64,000 nucleotides of DNA from Candidatus Saccharimonadales bacterium (GCA_035945435.1 DASZAF010000024.1:3578-67577), one strand, 5' to 3'; positions 46,500-56,436 are shown, counted from the stretch's first letter. Notes: generated by a model not told the origin, from the letters alone. Made by a program: numbers and translations.

Positions 46500-49216
46500 C
46501 AGTATATCTGCCCACTTCCTGCCCAACTCGGGGAGCCTATGCCTGGACCTCTCAAACTCGAGGCACCGTAGAACGAGCTGCCATTACTGCTCAGACCGTA
46601 GATTGTCCCGTTCGGTAAGTACCAGTAAAGCCCATCCTTAGAGGTGCCACTACCCCACTGCCCTACCCCCATCCACGATGGTGAGCTATAGCCGCTGACA
46701 CTGCCCGTGGTAACCAGACCTGGCCCTTCGAAGGTATAGAGCGTCCCGCTATTGTACCAAGCCAGAGCGTCTCTGAACCCACTGCCGCTGAAGTTGCCGA
46801 CACCGGCCCAGACGGGAGCTCCGATGCCAGGTCCGCGGACAGCGACGGCGCCGGTAAACGTTGAACCGTTCGATGGTAAGGCGTAAATAGTGCTGGTTGT
46901 GCCGAGATACCAATAAAGATCGTCCTTGCCGTCGTGATTGTAGTCACCAACGCCCGCCCATGTGGGCTGGCTGTATCCGCTTATCGCTGCCTTGGTGCCT
47001 AGCCCGGGACCAGCAAAAAGATAGAGTGTGCTGCCACTGTACCAAGCGATACTATCGTCCTGGCCATCACCCGTGAAGTTCCCGACACAGGCCCACGTTG
47101 GGGCACCAATACCCGGGCCACGAACCCGTATTGCATTTGCAAGGTTGCCACCGGTGATGTAATAGATCGAAGTCGTGTTGGCGTCGTACCAGAAGATACC
47201 GTCTTTGCTTGCACCACCGTACTGTCCGACACCGGCCCAACCCGGCAGGCTGTAACCAGAAGCAACCGTGGCAGCCGTTCCAAAACCGGGCGTTGAAAAA
47301 CCATAGAGAGACTGGCCGCTATACCAAACCAGACTGTTTCCTGCCCCTGCGGGAGTGGTGCATGAGAGAGAGGATGCGCCCCCAGTTGTACTCGGATTGA
47401 TACTGGCACTCTGGCCGCCCTCGAGATTGTTGGTATCATAGGCACTAACCGTATAGGTGTAGGCCGTACCGGATGTTAAGCCGTTGTCCGTATAGGTCAG
47501 GTTCGTTGCCCCCGAGACAGACCCAACTTGACTGCCATTTCGATAGATCTTGTAGCCCCCGACACCCGGGCCATTTGCGTCCGTCGCTTGGTTCCATGAT
47601 AGGCTGATCGAATTATTAGTCTCACTTGTGGCCTGCAGACCAGACGGATCGGTCGGTGGGATGACCGTTGCGCCTGGTACGTAAAGGGCGATCAGGTGAC
47701 CGCTAAGATCCGGGGTATAGAGTACGCCATTGACAACCACCGGTGACGCCCAGTGCATGCTGATACCAACGCTTATGGAGCTACTGTTGAAGAGGGTGGC
47801 GCCAGTTGTTGGGTTGAGGGCCAGGATGCTGCTGCCGGCATCGAGGTAGAGAACATTGTTGGCGATGAACGGCGACGAGCTGGAACCGATGTTTTCCGCA
47901 TACTGCTGGACAAGTTGCGAGGTGCCGGACGTTGTCACTAGTTTGTAGGCGTAGAGATCGCTCGATTCATCAGTCACGAAGACCCACGTATTATTGCTAC
48001 CGTCAACCCAGACGGCTGGCTGTTCGTGGACCTCATCCGAGATAGTGATCGTCTGAAGCTCTCCGCCTGTATGGCCGGGGCCACTTTGGCCAGACAGGTT
48101 CGCCCGATTGAGTAGGCGAACGATGTGGTCCTTGCCAGCCTGGACCAGCATGTAGGGGGTATTCGAGCTGTTCTGCGTCGGCAGTATGGCGGGAGCGGTG
48201 CTCCCGAGGTCTGCATCTCCACTCTGCAAGCTAGCGTAAGTCGAAGGCGTATATGAGTCGACGATCTGGCTAAGATCGGGTTTCAGTTCGATGAGACTAT
48301 CCCCCCACTCATGGCCGCCACTGTTCGCGTCGTAGAGACCATTGCCAGTCGCCACAAAGATATTGCCGGTTACTGGGTCGACTTTGACGCCCGGTCTAGC
48401 CCAGATACCCGATTGGATATTAGCGCAGTAGTTTGAATCGCCTGAGTTGGCATCTTCCAGTTGGGTAATGTTAGAGCATTCTGAATTCCAGACCGTCTCT
48501 GTGCCGTTGGACAGCTTGACGGCTATGACGTGACCGACATAGTGACCGTAGTCGCCGTCGTTACCGCTGGTCGTCATATACAGATAGCCGCCGGCGATGT
48601 TGATGCTGGCAGAACCTTTCTCGATGTTATTAGCGAGGAGGGTCACTTGAGCCGGGAAACCGTTACCGGTTACTTCTGTGCCAGTTCCGATGTTGTATTT
48701 GTGGATATAGCCGTCTATGGCGTAGGCGTATACGTAGTTGCCGGACGGATCGATAGCCGGAGCTGATTTTGTCCCCTGCCCGTTCCAGTTGGCTGATGAG
48801 GGATCGGCCTCCCAGATCTTCGTCCCGTTCCAGGCGTTATAGGCGATAAGATTGCCTTTTTCGGTGTTGACGAAGACGAGATCCATCACTCCTTCGGGGG
48901 TACTGACATTAGGTTGCTCGACGATGGCGTTGTCGGCATCGATCGGCAGACTTGACGACCACAGCTCGGCCATACTATGGACGTTCGACTGAGTTATAGC
49001 GGACTCGTTATAGTTGGTACCTGGATCATCTGCCCCGCCGTCAAAGACCTGCCAGGCAACGTCGCCGTTTAGGGCCTTGGCTACGCCTGGGCGAAAGCGG
49101 CCCTGATTCAGAACGAAGAATTTGACGCCGAATGAACCGACAAAGAGAGCAAGGGCGACCAGAAAGATGGCTACCGATAGCTTGCTACTGCGAATCTCTT
49201 CCCAAATACGGTTCAC
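46499..49216 (-). CDS. Surface protein: TM/signal, PQQ-type beta-propeller, FN3, six-repeat GQIY module
   Basis: G.IWARPG..DP.TG..FVATGNG, DADLGS.AP, FN3 (GYKIYRNG..YTDNGL..T.Y.Y.V.AYD), FG-GAP-like GDYNHDGKDDL. Confidence 0.8.
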   Translation of the reverse strand: MNRIWEEIRSSKLSVAIFLVALALFVGSFGVKFFVLNQGRFRPGVAKALNGDVAWQVFDGGADDPGTNYNESAITQSNVHSMAELWSSSLPIDADNAIVEQPNVSTPEGVMDLVFVNTEKGNLIAYNAWNGTKIWEADPSSANWNGQGTKSAPAIDPSGNYVYAYAIDGYIHKYNIGTGTEVTGNGFPAQVTLLANNIEKGSASINIAGGYLYMTTSGNDGDYGHYVGHVIAVKLSNGTETVWNSECSNITQLEDANSGDSNYCANIQSGIWARPGVKVDPVTGNIFVATGNGLYDANSGGHEWGDSLIELKPDLSQIVDSYTPSTYASLQSGDADLGSTAPAILPTQNSSNTPYMLVQAGKDHIVRLLNRANLSGQSGPGHTGGELQTITISDEVHEQPAVWVDGSNNTWVFVTDESSDLYAYKLVTTSGTSQLVQQYAENIGSSSSPFIANNVLYLDAGSSILALNPTTGATLFNSSSISVGISMHWASPVVVNGVLYTPDLSGHLIALYVPGATVIPPTDPSGLQATSETNNSISLSWNQATDANGPGVGGYKIYRNGSQVGSVSGATNLTYTDNGLTSGTAYTYTVSAYDTNNLEGGQSASINPSTTGGASSLSCTTPAGAGNSLVWYSGQSLYGFSTPGFGTAATVASGYSLPGWAGVGQYGGASKDGIFWYDANTTSIYYITGGNLANAIRVRGPGIGAPTWACVGNFTGDGQDDSIAWYSGSTLYLFAGPGLGTKAAISGYSQPTWAGVGDYNHDGKDDLYWYLGTTSTIYALPSNGSTFTGAVAVRGPGIGAPVWAGVGNFSGSGFRDALAWYNSGTLYTFEGPGLVTTGSVSGYSSPSWMGVGQWGSGTSKDGLYWYLPNGTIYGLSSNGSSFYGASSLRGPGIGSPSWAGSGQIY

Positions 49217-49734
49217 GATACCTTAAACCTCACGATATTCTCTTTAGCAAGATAGTCTGTGTGGGTGTCCTGAGAGTTGATGATCAACGAACCTGTGTAG
49301 ACTCCTGGAGGCAGGCCAGCAGGCAAGGCGTAAGAGTAGGTAGTAGTCGTGGGCTTGCCAGCTTTAAAGCTTACCGGATTGATCATCGGGCTCTTCCAGA
49401 CTTGCTTGCCTTTCGGACTCGTTATCCATGCTTCAAAGTAAGCTGAAATGGTCGTATTTGATGTGGCGCTCACCGTAATCGTCTGTGTATCGCCAGGTGC
49501 TAAGGTCGAACGACCGAATGTTTCAGTGCCCGAAAAGACCGGCAGCGCCTGTGAGAAGCTCGGTTTGCTCGACCAGAAGTCGAGATTTAATGGTCGTCCG
49601 GTAAGGGCGAAGTAGGCTGAACCGCTGTATCTCTCCAGGTTATAACCGGCAATCACCAACAGGAGTATCGAGAGTAAGATCAGAACTCTCGAGGCAGATA
49701 ATCTAGTTCCCCTCTTATTTTCTTTTTCTGCCAT
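49213..49734 (-). CDS. Single-TM protein with an Ig-like domain
   Basis: TM; PGDTQTITV..Y.LP..LPPG.YT; GTGA overlap with the next gene. Confidence 0.7.
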   Translation of the reverse strand: MAEKENKRGTRLSASRVLILLSILLLVIAGYNLERYSGSAYFALTGRPLNLDFWSSKPSFSQALPVFSGTETFGRSTLAPGDTQTITVSATSNTTISAYFEAWITSPKGKQVWKSPMINPVSFKAGKPTTTTYSYALPAGLPPGVYTGSLIINSQDTHTDYLAKENIVRFKVS

Positions 49735-49793
49735 AACTACGGCTATTGTAAGTCATTTGACTTAGTTCTCAAAAGTTTGCTCGTTAGCTATGC

Positions 49794-50387
49794 TCAGGTA
49801 GATGGGAAGATAAACTGCCAGCCGCTACTGACGTGATGAAATGTGAAATCCAGCACTTTTGTGGCCGACGCGTTCACAAAGTCCATCGTTATGTCTGAAC
49901 TATCTCCTGTATCACCACTCATGTGAAAGGGTCCGTACTGCTGGGCGTAGGTAAGGAAGTAGTTAATGTAATCATTCCGGGTCATATAAGTAACGATCCC
50001 GTTCTGACTGACCTTAAAAGTCTGGATAGCCAGCTTATCAGAGATTCCGCTACAGACTCCGGTCGAATCGGCCGCAGCTCCACAGGTAATCGGTGTAGCG
50101 ACCTGATGTTCAAGAATATCTGAAAAGTCGTTCATGCCGACGTAATGCACGAACAGGTTCTGTGTCTGACAGAAAGATGCCCCAGGGGCCGAACAGTGAA
50201 CGGCTGGTGTCGAAGGAGGCGATAAGGGTCGTGAAATAGTGTTTTTCGGTGAAGGTGTTATAGAACTTGGTTGAACGATATAGGTGATTACGAGTATAAG
50301 TGCGACGGCAAGAACGACAATTGCCATCGTCCATCTAACATAGCGCGATAAGCTCTTCTGCTTTTTCCTATACTTCTTTACTGCCAT
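49794..50387 (-). CDS. Single-TM exported protein
   Basis: Start reassigned to MAVKKYRKK; TM, P/S linker, four Cys. Confidence 0.65.
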   Translation of the reverse strand: MAVKKYRKKQKSLSRYVRWTMAIVVLAVALILVITYIVQPSSITPSPKNTISRPLSPPSTPAVHCSAPGASFCQTQNLFVHYVGMNDFSDILEHQVATPITCGAAADSTGVCSGISDKLAIQTFKVSQNGIVTYMTRNDYINYFLTYAQQYGPFHMSGDTGDSSDITMDFVNASATKVLDFTFHHVSSGWQFIFPST

Positions 50388-50397
50388 ATGCCGACTC

Positions 50398-53300
50398 TTA
50401 GTATATCTGCCCAGTCCCTGCCCACTCAGGGGCGCCAACACCGGGGCCTCGTAGGGTCGCAGCCCCGTAGAACGCACTGCCGTCACTACTAAGACCGTAA
50501 ACCGTACCGTTAGACAGATACCAGTAAAGACCGTCTTTCGATGTGTTGTTACTCCACTGGCCCACGCCCATCCATTCGGGCGGGCTGTAGCCACTGACCG
50601 CACCTGACGTGTTCAGCCCAGGACCCTCAAAGGTATAAAGTGTAGATCCGTCATACCATGCTAGAGCGTCCCGATAGCCATTGCCGCTGAAGTTACCGAT
50701 GCCAGCCCAAGTCGGTGATCCGATGCCTGGTCCCCTGACCTGAGCGGCTCCATTGAAGCTCGAACCATTCGAGGTCATGACGTAGATCGTTCCGGTGCTG
50801 CCGAGATACCAATAAAGATCATCCTTGCCGTCATGGTTATAGTCGCCGACGCCAGCCCATGCAGGCGAGCTGTAACCGGTGATCGCGGTTTTGGTAGCCA
50901 GTCCGGGGCCTGCCAAAAGATAGAGCGTCCCGCCGCTATACCAGGCGATACTGTCGTCTCGACCGTCACCAGTAAAGTCTCCGACACAGGCCCACGTCGG
51001 AGCGCCGATGCCAGGTCCGCGGACAGCTTGGGCATTGGCGAAACTGCTGCCGTTAATATAGTAGATCGTCGTCGTATTTGGGTCGTACCAGAAGATGCCG
51101 TTCTTGCTGCCGCTATACTGTCCGACACCGGCCCAACTGGGGAGGCTGTAGCCAGACGATACCGTCGAAGCTGTGTTATAACCGGTTAGCCCGGAAAAGC
51201 CAAAGAGCGCCGTGCCGTCATACCAGGCCAGGCTGTTGCCGGTACCCGAAGGAGACGTACAGGAGAGGACGGATGAGAGCGGCGTAGTGACGTTGACCGT
51301 CGACGACGCATTAGAGACAGTCGGCTGGGGTGAGGCCGAATCGTAGGCGATGACGACATAACTGTACTGGGTGCCAGCAGTCAGGCCTGTATCGTTGTAG
51401 TTTGTGGTGCCAGCGCCCAGTGACGTAACCAGAACACCGTTACGGTAGAGGTAGTAACCGCCGAGCCCTGGGCCCCCCGCGTCAGTGCTGGCTGACCATG
51501 AGACGTTTACGCTCGTTGGCCCATTGGCTGTGGCGGTGACGTTCGAGGGGGTCGAAGGCGGTGTGGCGTTAGACGAAGTAGAACCTTGATCTTGCTGCCA
51601 GTCAGACTGCCACGTAGAGAAGTTGGTGGTGCAGGCCGTAGCCGTCAGGCTCTTGCCAGTCGCCGGGTCGTCTGGCATGACCAGGCCACCTCCGTTACAG
51701 TTCCCATAGATAAAGTCTGACCAGCTCCATGGACCGTAATAAGTGTTATTGGACCATACATCGTTATCTGCCGCCATACCATTGCCCGCTGGAACGCCCG
51801 GCGGGCTGGAAAGCGCGTTCAAGTTATTAAGCGGGTCTGAGGTGCAACCTGAGTCCCATGTCGGACAGGTAGTGAATGAGGAACTGCTTACCATAGCATT
51901 TGCAGTGAGTTGTGAAAGAAATGGCGCTTCACCGCCTACTTGGTAGGCCATAAAGTTTGTGCCACAGAAGTCGGTATTACTAGACCTACAGGCCGTCGAA
52001 GTCCCTCCGCCCGTCAGCGGCGCGCTACTGGCAATCACCGATGGTTGGAAGACGAACGTGTTACCGGTAACCGTGATGTCTTTGGCTTCCCATTGGCAGC
52101 CATCCCAGTACGAGAGGGCTGGAGTGGAGGGGGCCATCGGGCTCGACGGCGTAGCGGTGCTGGTGGCGTATAGCTGGCAGGTACCGGCGTTGCTGACTTC
52201 CGTCCCGGAAGATTCATTCGATGACAGTGATGGTGTTATCGAGAGGTTACAGTCGTTAGCGTAACAGGTCTCAGCTGTAACTTTGTATGGTTGAACCTGC
52301 TGGATAGGGCCGGACAAGGTGCCCGTACCTCGTACCAGCGAGACGCCGGTGAAGGTACCGGCCGTCGTGTTAGTGTATGAGAGGATAGCCCCCGTCCAGC
52401 TGCCTTTGCCGTCACTCCAGGCAGCTGAGGTACCGACACGTAACTGTCCAGAAGAGGGGAAGCCGCTTGTACTCGCGTTAATGGTGCCCGACCCACTAAA
52501 GGTCGTTACGCTTGTGGTGTCAGTAGTGGTCGTTGAGGTAGGATCGGCAAAACCGATCTGATCGTCGATTGCCTCAGTGCCGACGACTTCGACCGTGGAA
52601 CTACCAGAAGAGGCGGACTGAGCCACTGTGGTCGTGCCCCCATGGGCCGTATCCCCGGTATGTGAGAAGTAATACTGCCCGCCACCGGCTGTCGTTGCTG
52701 TATTCGGAAAACCTCCAGAGCAGTACGGCGCATCATCTGGCCAGCCTTCACCAGAGTTTTCGCATGACCGGCCGCCGGCCTGCCAGATATCTATACCCTG
52801 CCAATCGTTGACAAAGTAGTTGCTGCTGATGGAGATAGAGTTCTCATAGCGACTGCCAGGAACCTGGGCGCCGCCTGACGTGTTGATGTTAATAGCTCCG
52901 TTACAGTTGTTATTTCCACCACATCCTCCGGTGCCACTGCCCCAGCCGCCATCCTCGAAAAGGTTGCCAGTTACGTCAAGATTGAAACCCGTCTCACTCG
53001 CGATCGACGAGGTATAGCTCATATTAAAGAAGTTGCCCTGGATCAAGGTGCCCGAGTTGCCGTTATCTAACCAGACTGGTGTGCCGCCGACCGGAGAGTC
53101 GTTGATGAATGAGTTGTCCACAATGTTGGCATTGAGTGTCCCCCACCACTTTCCACCGCCGCTACAGCCACAACCCGGATCGGGCTCATAGTTGGATTCA
53201 TAGATCTCGTTGTAGTCAAAAGTGTTATTGGTCCCAAAGGCATTAATGCCGTAGTCACCCATCCTCGAGAGACAGTTGTACTCGATGGTACCCTGATCGC

Positions 53301-54507
53301 CGCCATATAACGCCACCCCATCGCCAGGAGTAGGTGTCCCCTGGGCATTCATATACCCATCGTGAATATCGTTATGCGTAATCGTCCAGCCGGTACCCGT
53401 ATAGATGGTCCCCGTGGTGTTATGCGAGTCATGAGCTATATTGAGGTATGACACCGTCACACTGCCGGCTGGCGCGTTGTAATAGATAGGGGTATTGGCT
53501 GCCACAGCTGAGTCCAAGCCGGCCACCCCGATCGTGTATCCCGATTCGTTGCCTGATACCGACGTTATGGTATAGGTATCACTGCCAATTACGATACTGG
53601 CATATTGGACCAACGGGATTGACGAGCTTGTCAGCGTGAGAGTGGTGCCTCCTTGCGAAGCGGAGGACGCGGCCTCTGCAAGCGGCTGCTCCACGTTGGC
53701 CCACACCTGACTGCCTGACGATTCCGTAGCCGTTAACGGAGAGCTGAGAGTAATGGATGTCCCTGAGGCAGTGGCAATACCGTAGGTTGAGCCGTCGGCG
53801 AAAGTTACCTTGCTGATGAAGCCGGGGATGGACGACGTAGTCGTAATAGTCGATGAGCCGGAGTTGGCGATCGCGGCCAAGGTGCTTGATCCGCCCGAGA
53901 AGTAGTGGCTGCCATTGCCGGCATCGATGCCATCCGCGTTCCCACCGTCATCAAATTGGGGTTCTCCGTAGCCATTGGCCGATCCACCAATAAATTCGTC
54001 GCCGCTGATAGACGCTAGGCCAAGAGGTCCATACGTTCCACCTTCAAAGAAGTAAAGAATCGGCGTCTCCGGAAAATCATAGGCGGGCTGGTTAGTGGTA
54101 CTCCCGGGCGCAAAGATGGCAGCCGCTTCGGTTGTTGAAGCTTGGCTGGATATGTAAGAGGGCAGCGGTGGCAGGGTCGTACCGTAGCCCGGCAAGGCCT
54201 CATACTGAGCAACCGTATAGGTCTGCTCGCCTGAGCCTAGCGCGCTATAGGTCCACGGGCTCGTCAGATACTGAGACTGTTCGTTACAGATCTCATAATT
54301 CTCGCCCGCCACCTGATAATCGGCAATGTGAGCCTTCTTTAAGCCGTTATACATAAAGAAGCCGGCCGCGCACAGAACAGCCAGCACGGTTGCAATTGAC
54401 AGAAACATCACGACCGAGCGGCGTACGCCAAACAGAGCGATCTTCATATGTGATGGACGTATGGTCACCCCTTGCAGGAAAGAATAACGGTGATTAGGTC
54501 GTTTCAC
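50398..54507 (-). CDS. Large surface protein: TM/signal, right-handed beta-helix with insertions, FN3, six-repeat GQIY module
   Basis: TI..N.I ladder, CGCSGGGKWW, WLDNGN...LI.GN; FN3; C-module shared with 46499-49216. Confidence 0.8.
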   Translation of the reverse strand: MKRPNHRYSFLQGVTIRPSHMKIALFGVRRSVVMFLSIATVLAVLCAAGFFMYNGLKKAHIADYQVAGENYEICNEQSQYLTSPWTYSALGSGEQTYTVAQYEALPGYGTTLPPLPSYISSQASTTEAAAIFAPGSTTNQPAYDFPETPILYFFEGGTYGPLGLASISGDEFIGGSANGYGEPQFDDGGNADGIDAGNGSHYFSGGSSTLAAIANSGSSTITTTSSIPGFISKVTFADGSTYGIATASGTSITLSSPLTATESSGSQVWANVEQPLAEAASSASQGGTTLTLTSSSIPLVQYASIVIGSDTYTITSVSGNESGYTIGVAGLDSAVAANTPIYYNAPAGSVTVSYLNIAHDSHNTTGTIYTGTGWTITHNDIHDGYMNAQGTPTPGDGVALYGGDQGTIEYNCLSRMGDYGINAFGTNNTFDYNEIYESNYEPDPGCGCSGGGKWWGTLNANIVDNSFINDSPVGGTPVWLDNGNSGTLIQGNFFNMSYTSSIASETGFNLDVTGNLFEDGGWGSGTGGCGGNNNCNGAININTSGGAQVPGSRYENSISISSNYFVNDWQGIDIWQAGGRSCENSGEGWPDDAPYCSGGFPNTATTAGGGQYYFSHTGDTAHGGTTTVAQSASSGSSTVEVVGTEAIDDQIGFADPTSTTTTDTTSVTTFSGSGTINASTSGFPSSGQLRVGTSAAWSDGKGSWTGAILSYTNTTAGTFTGVSLVRGTGTLSGPIQQVQPYKVTAETCYANDCNLSITPSLSSNESSGTEVSNAGTCQLYATSTATPSSPMAPSTPALSYWDGCQWEAKDITVTGNTFVFQPSVIASSAPLTGGGTSTACRSSNTDFCGTNFMAYQVGGEAPFLSQLTANAMVSSSSFTTCPTWDSGCTSDPLNNLNALSSPPGVPAGNGMAADNDVWSNNTYYGPWSWSDFIYGNCNGGGLVMPDDPATGKSLTATACTTNFSTWQSDWQQDQGSTSSNATPPSTPSNVTATANGPTSVNVSWSASTDAGGPGLGGYYLYRNGVLVTSLGAGTTNYNDTGLTAGTQYSYVVIAYDSASPQPTVSNASSTVNVTTPLSSVLSCTSPSGTGNSLAWYDGTALFGFSGLTGYNTASTVSSGYSLPSWAGVGQYSGSKNGIFWYDPNTTTIYYINGSSFANAQAVRGPGIGAPTWACVGDFTGDGRDDSIAWYSGGTLYLLAGPGLATKTAITGYSSPAWAGVGDYNHDGKDDLYWYLGSTGTIYVMTSNGSSFNGAAQVRGPGIGSPTWAGIGNFSGNGYRDALAWYDGSTLYTFEGPGLNTSGAVSGYSPPEWMGVGQWSNNTSKDGLYWYLSNGTVYGLSSDGSAFYGAATLRGPGVGAPEWAGTGQIY

Positions 54508-54581
54508 TCAAGCCAACTACTTATGTTTATAGCTTCAGTATAGTGAAAGACGGTCAATCAGACAAAAGATGTAACATGCGG

Positions 54582-55019
54582 CTACTTCATGGCTGCATGC
54601 GCGAGCGCATGTTTGCTGATCATGTACCTGTTAACTGGCACCGTGATAATAAAAGCGATTAGCAGTGACAGAGCCAGACCCCACCAGAATCTTGGCTGGG
54701 TAGCTGTTACCAAGAGGGCGTTGGGGATAATTAGCTCGATTGTGTTATCAACAAGCTCCATGGTGGTAATCGAGACCGTGTCCGTCGCCACCGTTATCCT
54801 TATCGCCTCCTTGGCTGTCTTGGTCTGTTTTCGTACTCCTCTATATGTCAGTGAATAGCCAAAAGCAAAAGCAAGGACGATAGCCAGAGACAATCTCCCA
54901 ATTCTGTGCCACCCAAGGAGAGAGGCGATTAGCATCCCGAGAATCTCACCAATACCGCAGCCGATCAAACAGTGAACAGTATGCTTGATGGCATGTTTGG
55001 TTGTCTCACTGATTTTCAT
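54582..55019 (-). CDS. DUF4396 membrane protein
   Basis: HCLIGCGIGEILG, LAFAFGY, DTVSI..ME..DN, FW..L, PVNRY. Confidence 0.9.
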   Translation of the reverse strand: MKISETTKHAIKHTVHCLIGCGIGEILGMLIASLLGWHRIGRLSLAIVLAFAFGYSLTYRGVRKQTKTAKEAIRITVATDTVSITTMELVDNTIELIIPNALLVTATQPRFWWGLALSLLIAFIITVPVNRYMISKHALAHAAMK

Positions 55020-55036
55020 GAACCCATTTTAGCAAA

Positions 55037-55061
55037 GACAGGCCTCAGTATGAGGCCTGTC
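55037..55061 (-). terminator. Hairpin after the MFS gene (probable terminator)
   Basis: GACAGGCCTCA-gta-TGAGGCCTGTC, an 11-bp perfect stem followed by a short U tract on the minus strand. Confidence 0.55.
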
Positions 55062-55069
55062 CCTCTGGC

Positions 55070-56251
55070 TCACAACGTATCATGGGCGTGTTTTCTGTAG
55101 AGACCCCTGTACAAGAATACTGCCGGGATCGATACGACGATCAACACGAGCATTGTCCTTGCCGGACCGATGCCATCAGCCACTAAACCGACGCAGAAGG
55201 TTACTACGGCATAAAGCAGGTTGCCTCCGAGTGAGTTCAACGAACCCATGGTCGCACGCTGTTTGTCGGTAAACTCCTTTTGCATAAGGGTTTGGTTGGC
55301 AGTAACCCCCACACCATACGCGAACGCGTTACCTGATAGCATGATCGGTGAGATGACGTTCGGAAACCCTGCAAAGATCAGCCCGTCTGCTAGACCGAGC
55401 ACCTGCTGGACAAACAGCGTCTTAAGCGCAGTGTATCTGTCGATAAGCTTACCGGCAAAGTGGAACCCTAGGAAGCCGAACGTGTTATCGAGCGCACGAG
55501 CAATACCCAGCGCCCAGTTTGGCCACAGCAGCGAGTTGAACGCGGGCTTAAAGTTATAGATAGCCTCCTGGACGGCAAAGTCGACGATATAGGCGATGCT
55601 GAGCTTACGAAGCTTGGCATTTCTTTTGAAACTTTTCAGTGCACCCTTCAGGTGGTTGTAGAGGTCGCTGGCGATCTCTTCGGTGTGTAGCCGTGGCTCC
55701 ATAAACCCAAGGGCGATGAGCACGCAGATAGCTTGAGGAACGATGGAGGCGACCATGACAAACCTGAGCGACACCAGCGCAAGCACTGTTGCCACCAGGG
55801 CCGAAATACCCAAGCCAAGTTCAAACATGGCACTGACTTTGCCGTGCACCGTGGCGAATTCGTCCTCTCTATCTGCTGACTTGAGGGTGTCATAGAGTAA
55901 GGCGTCGTTATTACCACTGATCGACGCGCCGGCCAGACCATTGAAGAGCGCACCCAGCAGAAGGATTGGGAAAGAATGGGCAGACGCGTAGAGACTCAGT
56001 GCGATAACACTGGCTATTGAGCCAAGGATGACCGTCTTCTTTCGGCCGATCCGATCCGATAGGAAGCCCGTTGGCAACTGGAGTATTGAGTTAGAGACGG
56101 CGCTGATTGAGAAGACCGCCAGACCTAACGCATAGGAATGCGTGACATGCGCGAAATAGATAACGGCGATGGCACCGTATGGACGGAATTCGTAAAAGAA
56201 ATTGTAGAAGCGAAGCAGGTTTGTATTTCTGCTAACCATAACTGTCTTCAT
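55070..56251 (-). CDS. MFS transporter
   Basis: PTGFLSDRIGRK motif A, SG...ALLYDTL, about 12 TMs, RATMGS. Confidence 0.93.
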   Translation of the reverse strand: MKTVMVSRNTNLLRFYNFFYEFRPYGAIAVIYFAHVTHSYALGLAVFSISAVSNSILQLPTGFLSDRIGRKKTVILGSIASVIALSLYASAHSFPILLLGALFNGLAGASISGNNDALLYDTLKSADREDEFATVHGKVSAMFELGLGISALVATVLALVSLRFVMVASIVPQAICVLIALGFMEPRLHTEEIASDLYNHLKGALKSFKRNAKLRKLSIAYIVDFAVQEAIYNFKPAFNSLLWPNWALGIARALDNTFGFLGFHFAGKLIDRYTALKTLFVQQVLGLADGLIFAGFPNVISPIMLSGNAFAYGVGVTANQTLMQKEFTDKQRATMGSLNSLGGNLLYAVVTFCVGLVADGIGPARTMLVLIVVSIPAVFLYRGLYRKHAHDTL

Positions 56252-56304
56252 AATACAGGAACTTTCTGCTCAGTTAAGAGCTCTAGTAGTTAGATGTTGT
56301 AGGA

Positions 56305-56395
56305 GAATGCGCAAAGACTATCCAAGATCACTTGGATTCTAGCGGCGCAGGTGCTTTTGCACCCCGCCCGGTTAGCAGGGTCTACGACTTTGCAT
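56305..56395 (-). promoter_or_regulatory. Structured 5' leader with uORF MQSRRPC upstream of the MFS gene
   Basis: Outer stem AUGCAAAG/CUUUGCGCAU encloses hairpins GGUGC-AAAA-GCACC and AUCCAAG-UGAU-CUUGGAU; upstream TAGACA-17 nt-TAGAGT. Confidence 0.55.
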
Positions 56396-56436
56396 GATTA
56401 GAAATACTCTAACATCTTATGGTTAGCTTGTCTATA

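Noticed and set aside
46499-51264. Diversity-generating retroelement TR/VR pair
   Set aside because: Both copies are coding, differences are not adenine-specific, and there is no reverse transcriptase in the window.
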